Shown here one piece after another: positions 9,843-18,900 of a stretch of 64,000 nucleotides of DNA. Source of the stretch: Rubrobacteraceae bacterium (GTDB taxonomy: Bacteria; Actinomycetota; Rubrobacteria; Rubrobacterales; Rubrobacteraceae); assembly GCA_036519775.1 (NCBI GenBank), contig DATDKT010000093.1, forward strand, positions 17-64,016, written 5' to 3'. Below the pieces are notes generated by a model. The model was not told the DNA's origin and made no database searches. It saw only the letters and a program-made list of their open reading frames with translations. A program made the position numbers and the translations under genes. How positions within the stretch are numbered: position 1 is the stretch's first letter; every line of letters begins with the position of its first letter.

Positions 9843-10765
9843 TGTCCGCGCCGAGCGCGTTCAAGACCGTGGACTTTGTCGGCCGGTGGCGCATCTGGTA
9901 CGCCATTTCGGGCATCTTCCTCTTGCTCTGCCTCGGGGCGATCGCCCTCGGGGGCATGAACTTCGGCATAGACTTTACGGGTGGCTCAAAGTTCACTGCG
10001 AGCGGTGTGCAGGGGGCCCCGAGCACGGGTGAGGTTCGGGACTCACTGCCGGGAGACCTTGGCGAGAGGTCGTTTATACAGCAACTCGGCGAGGACGGCT
10101 ACGAGGTACGCACGCCGGTGCTCTCGCAAGAAGAGAACACTGAAGTCCGGCAGGCGTTGGAGGAGGAGCTCGGGGCGGAGGTCAGCGCCACGAGCATCAG
10201 CCCGACGTTTGGTGGCCAGATCCGGGCGCAGGCCCTGCAGGCCATAGCGGTGGCGCTCCTCATCATCGTCATCTTTATCTCCTTCCGCTTCGAGTTCTCC
10301 TTCGCCTTCGCAGCTGTGATCGCTCTCTTGCACGACATCCTCATCACGATAGGCTTCTACGCTCTGGTGGGGCGCGAGGTGAACCTGGTTACGGTGGTCG
10401 CGGTCCTGACGGTTCTGGGCTACTCCCTGTACGATACGATCATCATCTTTGACAGGATAAGGGAGAACGCCCCCGAGGCCGGCTACAACCGCCGCCGCTA
10501 CGATGAGCTGGCGAACAACTCCATCCGGCAGGTGGTGATGCGTTCGATCTACACGTCGGTGTGTACCCTGATCCCGGTGGCCGCCCTCCTCCTCTTCGGC
10601 GAGTCCACCCTGAGCGACTTTGCCTTCGCCCTCCTCGTTGGCATCGCCGCCGGTACCTACAGCTCCATCTTTATAGCCACGCCTACCCTGTGCCTCTACA
10701 AAGCCTGGCGCGCCGGAAGGACCCGGGCAGGCAAGGGCCAGGCCGCGCAATCTGCCAGGTCTTAG
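9842..10765 (+). CDS. secF: protein translocase subunit SecF
   Basis: 307 aa with a SecF TM block (LHDILITIGFYAL, YSLYDTIIIFDRIREN). The GTG start overlaps the secD stop (TAGTG). Confidence 0.9.
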   Translation: MSAPSAFKTVDFVGRWRIWYAISGIFLLLCLGAIALGGMNFGIDFTGGSKFTASGVQGAPSTGEVRDSLPGDLGERSFIQQLGEDGYEVRTPVLSQEENTEVRQALEEELGAEVSATSISPTFGGQIRAQALQAIAVALLIIVIFISFRFEFSFAFAAVIALLHDILITIGFYALVGREVNLVTVVAVLTVLGYSLYDTIIIFDRIRENAPEAGYNRRRYDELANNSIRQVVMRSIYTSVCTLIPVAALLLFGESTLSDFAFALLVGIAAGTYSSIFIATPTLCLYKAWRAGRTRAGKGQAAQSARS

Positions 10766-10851
10766 TAGCCCCGGATAGGGCATTGTGAGCGACCCATCCC
10801 GCGGTTTCGCGTTATCATGAGGCTGACGAACCGTTCTACTGGGAGGAGCTT

Positions 10852-11313
10852 ATGCTGGACACGCTGGAACGTTTGATCCTCTTGCAGATAGGGGCCGCGG
10901 CCGTCACGCGCGAGCGGGTCCAGGAGGCGGCGAACCACCTTATAGAGCAGGGTCGGATGGAGCGCGAGGAGGGCCGAATCGTGGTCGAGGACGTCCTCAC
11001 CCGGGCGCGTGAACGCTCGTCCGGTACCCGCGGTCTGATAGACGCCTCCGTGCAGCAGGGCCTGCGGGGGGTTGGCATCCCCAACCGTGAGGTCTACGAA
11101 GACCTCTTGTTCAGGATAGAGCAACTCGAGCATCGGGTTCGCCTGCTAGAAGACCGGCCCGTGACACCGTCCGAAGAGCCGCTGGATACTGCTGTCACGC
11201 CGGAGGACGTTGTGCCCCCGGAGGACGAGCCACCGGTCGGCGGCATAGACGCGGCGCCGCAGCCTCCCAGGGACGAGCCGGATACGCCACCAGGCTTGCA
11301 ACCGCGCGCCTAG
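10852..11313 (+). CDS. phasin-like / PHA-granule-regulator-like coiled-coil protein (COG3937-type)
   Basis: 153 aa. The N-terminal LERLILLQIGAAAVTRERVQEAANHLIEQG pattern resembles the phasin-like family often found upstream of ABC1 kinases. Strong SD (gggaggag). Confidence 0.55.
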   Translation: MLDTLERLILLQIGAAAVTRERVQEAANHLIEQGRMEREEGRIVVEDVLTRARERSSGTRGLIDASVQQGLRGVGIPNREVYEDLLFRIEQLEHRVRLLEDRPVTPSEEPLDTAVTPEDVVPPEDEPPVGGIDAAPQPPRDEPDTPPGLQPRA

Positions 11314-11358
11314 CTCGCCGGGGCTTCGGAGAGGCTGGATCGGGAGGGGTCAGGGTCG

Positions 11359-13038
11359 GTGACGCCTGAGGACCGCGCCGATTCCTACTCTGGCGGCCGA
11401 CGGGAGAACATCGTGCGGTTCTCTCAGATCGGGCGCGTTCTCGTCCGCCACGGGTTCGGATTCGTCTTCGACGTCCGGCGCAACCGGCGGGAGAGGCGTG
11501 GTGTCGAGGAGCTTCTCGCCCCGAACTTCGCCGGCAGGCTCCGGCGCACCCTGGACGACCTGGGGCCGACATTCGTCAAGTTCGGTCAGCTATTGAGCAC
11601 CCGCTCGGATATCATCCCCGAGGGTGTCCTCTCCGAGCTCCAGAAGCTCCAGGACAAGGTGGCGCCCATGCCCATCGAGGTAGCGCGAGCGGTCATAGAA
11701 GGGGAGCTTGGGGTCCCGGTCGAGAAGCCGTTCGCCGAGTTCGATCCGGTGTGGCTCGGGTCGGCGAGCATCGGCCAAGTCTACAGGGCTCGGCTGCACC
11801 GCGGTGAGCAGGTTGCGATCAAGGTGCAGCGGCCGGAGGCGCCGGGGCGCGTGGAGGCGGACCTTGCGCTGATGAGAGATTTGGCGGCGCTCCTGGACGC
11901 GAGGTTTGGGGACAGGATCTTTATAGATCTCAAGGAGCTCGTCGCCGAGTTCGAGGGCGTGATCCGCCGAGAACTCGACTACGAGCAGGAGGCCCAGAAC
12001 GCTCGTCGCTTCGCCGCCAACTTCGCCGGGACTCTCGTGAAGATCCCGGAGATCTACACCGACCTCTCCACAAAGAGGGTTATCACGATGGAGTTCATCG
12101 AGGGGACCCGCTTCCTCGACATCCGGCCCCTGCTCCTGACCCCAGCCGAGCGCCGCAGGGTGGCGACGATGGGAGCGGAGGCAATCTTCAAGATGGCCTT
12201 CGAGGAAGGCTTTTTCCATGGCGACCCGCACCCCGGCAACCTCTTCCTCACCCCTGAAGGAGAGCTCGCACTCCTCGACTTCGGCATGGTCGGCTTTATG
12301 AGTCACGGCGACATAGAGGCGTTGAGCCGCCTGTTCATAGCCGTGATACAGCAGGACGCGGCGGCGGTGTTGCGGGGTCTGGAGAGGCTCGGGGTCCGGT
12401 ACGCGCCGGAGGTCAGAGGGGACCTCGTGCAGGAGCTCAGGGAGTTCTTGTTCAAGTACTCGGGGCTCTCGGTCGGAGAGGTCACGCTCGGGCAGGCGCT
12501 CTCCGAGCTGATCTCGCTGGTAAGAAGATACAGGCTCTCGATGCCCCCCGTTTTCCCACTCCTGACCAAGGCCCTCGTCACCGCCGAAGCTCTCTCCCGC
12601 TCCATAGACCCAACCATCAACGTCTACGAGATAGCCCGCCCCTACGCCAACCGCCTCTTGCGCGAACGCTACGAGCCCCAGGTTCTACTAGAAAGGGCTC
12701 AGGAGCGCACCCTCGAGTACGCTCGTTATGTGGAGGACTACCCGGAGCAGCTAAGGCAGCTACTCACCGAGCTGGAGGACGGCGAGCTGGAGGTAAAGTT
12801 CCGCCACGGCGGCCTCGACGAGCTCGGCGGGGAGGTGGACGTGCTCGCCAACCGGCTCGTCTTTGCCGTCGTTACCGGAGCTCTCCTCATAGGCTCCTCG
12901 CTTCTGGGCGCCTTCGCCACCGGCGGACCGCAGGTGCCGTATCTGGGTGTCACGCTCGTCGCCTTTATTGGCTTCAGCCTGGCGCTCACCATGTCCGTGA
13001 TCTTATTGGTCGTTATCTTCCGCTCCCGCAGGCTCTGA
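11359..13038 (+). CDS. ABC1/UbiB-family atypical protein kinase
   Basis: 559 aa with ABC1-domain motifs (SASIGQVYRA, AIKVQRP, HGDPHPGNL) and two C-terminal TM helices. Confidence 0.9.
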   Translation: MTPEDRADSYSGGRRENIVRFSQIGRVLVRHGFGFVFDVRRNRRERRGVEELLAPNFAGRLRRTLDDLGPTFVKFGQLLSTRSDIIPEGVLSELQKLQDKVAPMPIEVARAVIEGELGVPVEKPFAEFDPVWLGSASIGQVYRARLHRGEQVAIKVQRPEAPGRVEADLALMRDLAALLDARFGDRIFIDLKELVAEFEGVIRRELDYEQEAQNARRFAANFAGTLVKIPEIYTDLSTKRVITMEFIEGTRFLDIRPLLLTPAERRRVATMGAEAIFKMAFEEGFFHGDPHPGNLFLTPEGELALLDFGMVGFMSHGDIEALSRLFIAVIQQDAAAVLRGLERLGVRYAPEVRGDLVQELREFLFKYSGLSVGEVTLGQALSELISLVRRYRLSMPPVFPLLTKALVTAEALSRSIDPTINVYEIARPYANRLLRERYEPQVLLERAQERTLEYARYVEDYPEQLRQLLTELEDGELEVKFRHGGLDELGGEVDVLANRLVFAVVTGALLIGSSLLGAFATGGPQVPYLGVTLVAFIGFSLALTMSVILLVVIFRSRRL

Positions 13039-13146
13039 AGCTTACGGGAGCATCGGAGTAACGTGTATGAAGTATGGGTGCGAAAACGAGCCGAGGAGGT
13101 TTGTGGTAGTAGTTAGAAGGATCGGAATGTTGTCTCTCGGAAGGTT

Positions 13147-13436
13147 ATGGGCATCCTGTACGCGTTGTTGGGTCTAATCTTCGGGGCATTCTTTGCCCTC
13201 TTCTCGTTATTGGCACCGCCATCGGCGTGGCGAACTCGCAGTCCTCGGATGCCGTGGCTTCCTTGCTCTTTGGCGCCGGGTCTGTAGTCTTGTTGCCGGT
13301 CTTCTACGGTATTCTGCACTTTGTCTTGGGTTTGATCACGGCGCTGCTCTACAACCTGGTGGGCTGGCTGGGCGGAGGTATCCAGGTCGAGCTGGAGGTG
13401 ACCCAGCGTCCGGGCTCCACAACGTACCAGCCGTAA
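13147..13436 (+). pseudogene. small multi-TM membrane protein, apparently split by a single-base frameshift
   Basis: The ATG at 13147 opens MGILYALLGLIFGAFFAL... in frame 1, which stops at about 13278. Frame 0 continues with LLVIGTAIGVANSQSSDAVASLLFGAGSVVLLPVFYGILHFVLGLITALLYNLVGWLGGGIQVELEV through 13436. Joined, the two pieces read as one coherent small membrane protein. Confidence 0.35.
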
Positions 13437-13453
13437 ACCGCCTGGATACCCGA

Positions 13454-13462
13454 TGGTAGAAT
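13454..13462 (+). promoter_or_regulatory. candidate extended -10 promoter (TGgTAGAAT), leaderless geometry for relA/spoT
   Basis: TG at 13454-13455 and TAGAAT at 13457-13462, then a 6-nt non-SD spacer (ctcctt) before the ATG at 13469. Confidence 0.4.
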
Positions 13463-13468
13463 CTCCTT

Positions 13469-15712
13469 ATGGAGATGATCCGCGAAGAAGCGTATCCGAA
13501 GGCCGGGCCGGTCCCGGAGATAACGATAACGTCCCTCCTCGGGAAGGTCGCCTCGTACGACCCAGAGGCCGACGAGGAGTTGATCGCCAGGGCCTATAGT
13601 ACGGCCCACGGCGCTCACAAGGACCAGGTCCGAAAGAGCGGCGAGCCCTTCGTCTACCATCCTCTGGCTACCGCCGACATCCTCGCCGATCTGCGGATGG
13701 ACTCGACGACCATCGCGGCGGCGATCTTGCACGACGTCCTCGAGGACACGGAGATCACCAAAGAGGAGCTCGAGACCCAGTTTGGGGAGGAGCTCGCGGA
13801 CGTCGTCGACGGTGTCACGAAGCTGAAAAGGCTGCCGGCGGAGAACCTCGAAGAGGCGCAGGCCGAGTCGTTGCGGAAGATGATAGTGGCGATGAGCCGG
13901 GACGTGCGCGTCATCATCATCAAGCTCGCCGACCGGCTGCACAACATGCGTACGCTCGCCTATCTCAAGCGTGAGAATCAGTTAAAGAAGGCGACGGAGA
14001 CGCTGGAGATCTACGCGCCACTGGCCCACCGGCTCGGTATCTACTCGGTCAAGTGGGAGCTCGAAGACCTGGCCTTCGCCACGCTTCACCCCAGGCGCTA
14101 CGCGGAGATAAAGCGGCTCGTCGCGGCTCGTAGGGGCGACCGGGAGGCGTTTATCAACGCTACGGCCCAGGAGCTCTTGCGGCATCTCGAGGAGGCCGGG
14201 ATAGAGGCCGAGGTCAAGGGGCGGGTCAAGCACTTCTACTCCATCTACAACAAGATGGTCCAGCGCAACAAGGAGTTCAACGAGATCTACGACCTCGCCG
14301 GTCTGCGCGTCATAGTGGATGACGTGCGGGATTGTTACGGTACTCTGGGCGTAATCCACTCGCTCTGGAAGCCTATCCCCGGACGCTTCAAGGACTACGT
14401 CGCGATGCCTAAGTTCAACATGTACCAGTCTCTGCACACGACGGTTATGTCCAACGAAGGGAAGCTGCTGGAGATCCAGCTCCGCACCCGTGAGATGGAT
14501 ACCATCGCCGAGTACGGGGTCGCCGCGCACTGGATGTACAAGCATGGCCTCAAGGATAGCCAGGTGGATCGCCTGGCGTGGCTGAAGAGCGTGATGGAGT
14601 GGCAAGGGGAGACCACCGACGCCGCCGAGTTCATAGAGTCTCTCAAGGACGAGCTGGTTGCCGACGAGGTCTACGTCTTTACGCCGAAGGGTGACGTGGT
14701 CAGTCTGCCAAGCGGGGCGACGCCGATAGACTTCGCCTACCACGTCCACACCGAGGTCGGGCACCGCACCGTGGGGGCGCGGGTGAACGACCGGATCGTG
14801 CCCTTAGACTCCGAGCTCGTCTCCGGTGACCGGGTGGAGGTCATCACCGGAAAGTCGGCCAAGCCGAGCCGGGACTGGCTCGCCGTGGTCCAGAGTGGTC
14901 GGGCACGCAACAAGATCCGTCAGTTCTTCAACAAGGCCGACCGCGAGGACAACCTCTCCCTGGGACGCGAGAAGATCATGGCGCTCCTCAAGAAGCAGCG
15001 CGTCGAGAAGGTTTATTCCGCGGTTTGGGAGGAGGTCGCCAAGAGCACCAACTGTCCGACCCCGGACGACATGTTCGCCGCCGTGGGTCTGGGCGCCCTC
15101 TCGGCCGAGAACGTCGCCCACCGGGTGGTCGAGAAGGTTCAGCCCAAGGAGGAAGAGCAGGCGAACGGAGCGCGTACCCCGGCGCTTGCGCCCCTGCCCC
15201 TGCCGGACTCCGAGGGTGGGACCGACTCGGAGACGGGGGTACGGGTCGTGGGTTCTAGCGGAATCTTGACGCGTTTGGCCCGCTGCTGCAGCCCAATGCC
15301 TGGCGACGACATCGTGGGTTACGTCTCTCTGGGACGCGGCGTCGTGGTGCACTCGGCGGGGTGCACGAACGCCCGGGCTCTAAAGACGCGCGACCCGGAT
15401 CGCTTCGTCGAGGTCGAGTGGGTGCAGGGGAGAGGGAGGCTCTTTACGGTCGAGATCCTCGTCGAGGCACTGGATCGGATGCACCTCCTCAAAGACGTCA
15501 CCTCGACCATCTCGGACGCTGGGGTAAACATCCTCTCGGCGCGGGTAGACACCATCGAAGACCGCACGGCCCTGAGCCGCTTCGCGTTCAAGGCCGCTAG
15601 CCTGCCCCACGTCGAGGAGGTTATACGCAAGATCCGGTCGATCCCCGACGTCTACGACGTTCGTCGGGTCTCCCGCGACGGTACGCCGCTGCCCGCCTCC
15701 TACGAAGGCTAG
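13469..15712 (+). CDS. relA: bifunctional (p)ppGpp synthetase/hydrolase (RelA/SpoT homologue)
   Basis: 747 aa with an HD hydrolase motif (AAILHDVLEDT), a synthetase region (RFKDYVAMPKFNMYQSLHTTV), and TGS and C-terminal ACT-like regions. Confidence 0.95.
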   Translation: MEMIREEAYPKAGPVPEITITSLLGKVASYDPEADEELIARAYSTAHGAHKDQVRKSGEPFVYHPLATADILADLRMDSTTIAAAILHDVLEDTEITKEELETQFGEELADVVDGVTKLKRLPAENLEEAQAESLRKMIVAMSRDVRVIIIKLADRLHNMRTLAYLKRENQLKKATETLEIYAPLAHRLGIYSVKWELEDLAFATLHPRRYAEIKRLVAARRGDREAFINATAQELLRHLEEAGIEAEVKGRVKHFYSIYNKMVQRNKEFNEIYDLAGLRVIVDDVRDCYGTLGVIHSLWKPIPGRFKDYVAMPKFNMYQSLHTTVMSNEGKLLEIQLRTREMDTIAEYGVAAHWMYKHGLKDSQVDRLAWLKSVMEWQGETTDAAEFIESLKDELVADEVYVFTPKGDVVSLPSGATPIDFAYHVHTEVGHRTVGARVNDRIVPLDSELVSGDRVEVITGKSAKPSRDWLAVVQSGRARNKIRQFFNKADREDNLSLGREKIMALLKKQRVEKVYSAVWEEVAKSTNCPTPDDMFAAVGLGALSAENVAHRVVEKVQPKEEEQANGARTPALAPLPLPDSEGGTDSETGVRVVGSSGILTRLARCCSPMPGDDIVGYVSLGRGVVVHSAGCTNARALKTRDPDRFVEVEWVQGRGRLFTVEILVEALDRMHLLKDVTSTISDAGVNILSARVDTIEDRTALSRFAFKAASLPHVEEVIRKIRSIPDVYDVRRVSRDGTPLPASYEG

Positions 15713-15722
15713 GAGCCCTTTC

Positions 15723-16301
15723 GTGGCAGAGATAGAACAGGTCCGCCTGGACATGGGTGGCTTCGAGGTCAACTCCTACGTGATCCACGCCCCGGAGGGC
15801 GACCTTATAGTGGACGCCGGAGCAGAGCCGGAGAAGATACTGGCAACAACCACGCAACCGGTCGCCGCCATCCTCCTGACCCACGGTCACCACGACCACG
15901 TTGGAGCTTTGGAGGACGTGCGCCGTGAAACGGGCGCTCCGGTCTACGCTCATCCGGCGGACACGGAGCGGACTGGCGTTGCAGGTTACGAGCCCTTGAG
16001 AGACGAGGAAGACCTCGTCATGGCCGGAGAGACGATAAAGGTCTTGCACACGCCGGGGCATTCGCCGGGATCGGTTACGTTTATGGTGGGGCGCGACCAG
16101 GTCGTGGGCGACCTCATTTTGCCGGGGAGCGTGGGCCGGACGGACATCTCGGGAGCTTCGTGGGAGGAGATCGAGGTATCCGTAAGGAAGGTGATGCCGT
16201 TCTGGGACGGCAAGACGCGCCTCTTCGCGGGACACGGGGACATCCTAGATGCTATGGAGGAGCTGGAGAACAACCCCTACCTTCCCCTGGGCATCTTGTG
16301 A
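15723..16301 (+). CDS. MBL-fold metallo-hydrolase
   Basis: 192 aa with the metal-binding motif LTHGHHDHVG and a later HTPGHSPGS. SD (aggag) lies 7 nt upstream of the GTG. Confidence 0.85.
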   Translation: MAEIEQVRLDMGGFEVNSYVIHAPEGDLIVDAGAEPEKILATTTQPVAAILLTHGHHDHVGALEDVRRETGAPVYAHPADTERTGVAGYEPLRDEEDLVMAGETIKVLHTPGHSPGSVTFMVGRDQVVGDLILPGSVGRTDISGASWEEIEVSVRKVMPFWDGKTRLFAGHGDILDAMEELENNPYLPLGIL

Positions 16302-17578
16302 GCTACCGGGGACCGAAGGGCACCTACGATGTCTACCCTGGCGGAGGCCAGAGCCAGGAGCCGCACGAGAGGCCAGGGCTCTGGGCGTGGGTTGAGGGCG
16401 TCGCGCGCGACTTTTTTGGAAGGTACGGCTACACGGAGATGCGGCTGCCGGTCTTCGAGGAGGCGCAGCTCTTTATCCGGAGCGTCGGCGAGGCGTCGGA
16501 CATCGTGCGCAAGGAGATGTTCATCTTCTACGACAAAGGCGGGCGGGAGCTCAGCTTGCGGCCAGAGGGGACGGCCGGGGTCGTGCGGGCGTACGTGGAG
16601 CACGGACTTTACAAGCTCGCCCAGCCGGTGAAGGTGTGGTACATGGGGCCGATGTTCAGGCACGAGCGCCAGCAGAAGGGCCGTTACCGCCAGCACGCCC
16701 AGATCGGGGCAGAGGTCTTGGGCTCCGCCGACCCGCTGGTGGACGTCGAGGTGATCTCGCTCCTCTACAACATCCACCAGGCCCTGGGCGTGAAAGACGA
16801 GGTCGTCTACCTCAACAATCTCGGCGACGTCGAGACGCGCGAGGGCTACGTCCCGGAGTTGAGAGAATATCTCAAGAAACACGAGTCCGAGCTCGACCCC
16901 GACTCTAGAACCCGCATCGAGACCAACCCCTTGCGCACCTTCGACTCGAAGGACAAGAACACCCAAACACTCCTCGCGGAGGCGCCGAAGATCGGGGACT
17001 TCCTGAGCGAGGAGGCGTTCGGGTACTTCGACGCGGTTAAGGAGGGGCTGGAGGTGGTCGGGGTGCCGTACGCGGTGGACGAGCGCCTGGTACGGGGACT
17101 CGACTACTATACCTTGACGGTCTTTGAGGCGAAGAGCGCGTCTCTGGGGGCACAGGATACGGTGGGGGGCGGAGGACGCTACAACGGTCTCGTCGAAGAG
17201 CTTGGAGGGCCGGAGATGCCGGGGATAGGGTTCGGGAGCGGGGTCGAGCGTATACTGCTCGCCGCGAGCGCCCCGGAGGAGGGGTCAAAGCTGGACGTCT
17301 TCTTCGTCACCCTAGCACCCGAGGCACGCTTGCCGGCCTTTCGCCTCGCGACTTTTTTGCGCGCCGAGGGGCTTGCCTGCGACCTGGACTACGCGGACCG
17401 CAGCGCCAAGGGGCAGTTCAAGCAGGCCGACCGGATGGGCGCCCGGTTCGCGGTCGTCATCGGCGACGAGGAGCTTGCGGCCGGCGCTTGCTCCTTGCGC
17501 GATATGGCGACGGGCGAGCAGCGGGAGATTTCTGTCGCCAGAGGCCCTGAGCAACTGCTCAAGGCCCTGAACGCTTGA
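16298..17578 (+). CDS. hisS: histidine--tRNA ligase
   Basis: Class-II HisRS similarity starts at SYRGPKGTYDVYPG. I chose the GTG at 16298, which overlaps the upstream stop (GTGA). The longer ORF from 16160 overlaps the MBL gene. Confidence 0.95.
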   Translation: MSYRGPKGTYDVYPGGGQSQEPHERPGLWAWVEGVARDFFGRYGYTEMRLPVFEEAQLFIRSVGEASDIVRKEMFIFYDKGGRELSLRPEGTAGVVRAYVEHGLYKLAQPVKVWYMGPMFRHERQQKGRYRQHAQIGAEVLGSADPLVDVEVISLLYNIHQALGVKDEVVYLNNLGDVETREGYVPELREYLKKHESELDPDSRTRIETNPLRTFDSKDKNTQTLLAEAPKIGDFLSEEAFGYFDAVKEGLEVVGVPYAVDERLVRGLDYYTLTVFEAKSASLGAQDTVGGGGRYNGLVEELGGPEMPGIGFGSGVERILLAASAPEEGSKLDVFFVTLAPEARLPAFRLATFLRAEGLACDLDYADRSAKGQFKQADRMGARFAVVIGDEELAAGACSLRDMATGEQREISVARGPEQLLKALNA

Positions 17579-17595
17579 TCGGAGCTTAGATAATC

Positions 17596-18345
17596 GTGGG
17601 TACGCCGGCCGACGGGATACCGGAGAGTTTAGTCGAAACGCTGCGCAACGCGCAGAGCGTTGCTGTGCTCACCGGCTCCGGCATCTCCGCCGAGAGCGGC
17701 GTCCCGACCTTCCGCGACGCCCAGACCAGCCTCTGGGCTCGCTACGATCCCGTGGATCTCGCCACCCCAGAAGCGTTTGCACGGGACCCGCGCCTCGTGT
17801 GGGAGTGGTACGCCTGGCGCCGCGGGCTTGTGGAAGGGGCAGCACCGAACCCCGGTCACGAGGCCTTGGCGGAGCTCGAACGCTACGTCCCCGAGTTCGT
17901 GCTCATCACCCAGAACGTGGATGGCCTGCACCGGCGGGCCGGCAGCCAACGGATAATAGAGCTACACGGCAACATCATGCGCTCGAAGTGCTCGCTGGAG
18001 GCGGCGATTCTGGAGCCTGGCGAGGACGACACGGATGTTCCGCCCTCATGCCCGCGCTGCGGCGCATCTCTGCGCCCCGACGTTGTGTGGTTCGGCGAGA
18101 TGTTGCCGCAAGAGGCACTCGAAGAGGCCTTCGAGTCAGCCCAGAACTGCGACCTCTTCTTTTCCATTGGAACCTCCAGCCTCGTGCAACCCGCGGCTTC
18201 TCTGCCTTTTGAGGCTCTGAGAAGCGCAGTTGCGGTCGTCGAAATTAATTTGGATGAGACACCTCTGAGCAGGCATGCCGAGTACGCGCTACGGGGCCGG
18301 GTGGGAGAGGTGCTGCCGGCGTTGGTGAGGGCTGCGTACGGCTAG
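17596..18345 (+). CDS. cobB: NAD-dependent protein deacylase (Sir2 family)
   Basis: 249 aa with GSGISAESGVPTFRD, ITQNVDGLH, ELHGN and the zinc ribbon C..C/CPRCG. Confidence 0.9.
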   Translation: MGTPADGIPESLVETLRNAQSVAVLTGSGISAESGVPTFRDAQTSLWARYDPVDLATPEAFARDPRLVWEWYAWRRGLVEGAAPNPGHEALAELERYVPEFVLITQNVDGLHRRAGSQRIIELHGNIMRSKCSLEAAILEPGEDDTDVPPSCPRCGASLRPDVVWFGEMLPQEALEEAFESAQNCDLFFSIGTSSLVQPAASLPFEALRSAVAVVEINLDETPLSRHAEYALRGRVGEVLPALVRAAYG

Positions 18346-18885
18346 CTCGACCACTCTCGCTGCACGCGTTTGACACCGTAAAACACATCGAAGCGTTGAT
18401 TTTTCGTTGTTTTCGTGGGCGTCTTTCGGACCCTCATACGAGTCAGCAGAAGGGTGCTCCCCTACTCTCATGGGCAAGAGGTAGTTGTTGTCCGTCTTCC
18501 GGAAGGAACCCTCGGACCCATACCCGACTGCGGGCATGCGCCCCATGTCGAGCAATCCGAGCGGTTAGTGTCGGGCCTCGGCTGGTTTCTGAGCGGCAAG
18601 ACCTGATGCATTACCGATCCTACCGTAATGGGCCATCCCTAACGCGGGCACGAGAAGCATGGCTAGGATGAGGAGGATTGGTTGAGCGACGAAGGCAAGC
18701 GCGATGGTCAAGAGAATCCCGATGCCGGGTTGGGCATCATCGTGTTCGGCGGCGGTAGCGGTTGGTCAGGAAGGGGTTGCCTGTTCCCTGTCTACCCCTC
18801 GCAAGAACTCACTCCTCCTGGCGAGGTGTCACCGGGATGACCTTCAGAGTCCCGGGGCATCATCCCCGACGTAACGGTGCCGCAC

Positions 18886-18894
18886 TGCTAAAGT
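18886..18894 (+). promoter_or_regulatory. candidate extended -10 promoter (TGcTAAAGT), leaderless geometry
   Basis: TG at 18886-18887 and TAAAGT at 18889-18894, then a 6-nt spacer (atttgg) before the ATG at 18901. No SD. Confidence 0.4.
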
Positions 18895-18900
18895 ATTTGG

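Noticed and set aside
16160-16297. N-terminal extension of the hisS ORF (472-aa version).
   Set aside because: The extension overlaps the 3-prime end of the MBL hydrolase gene and is not HisRS-like. GTG 16298, with a GTGA overlap, gives a normal-length protein.
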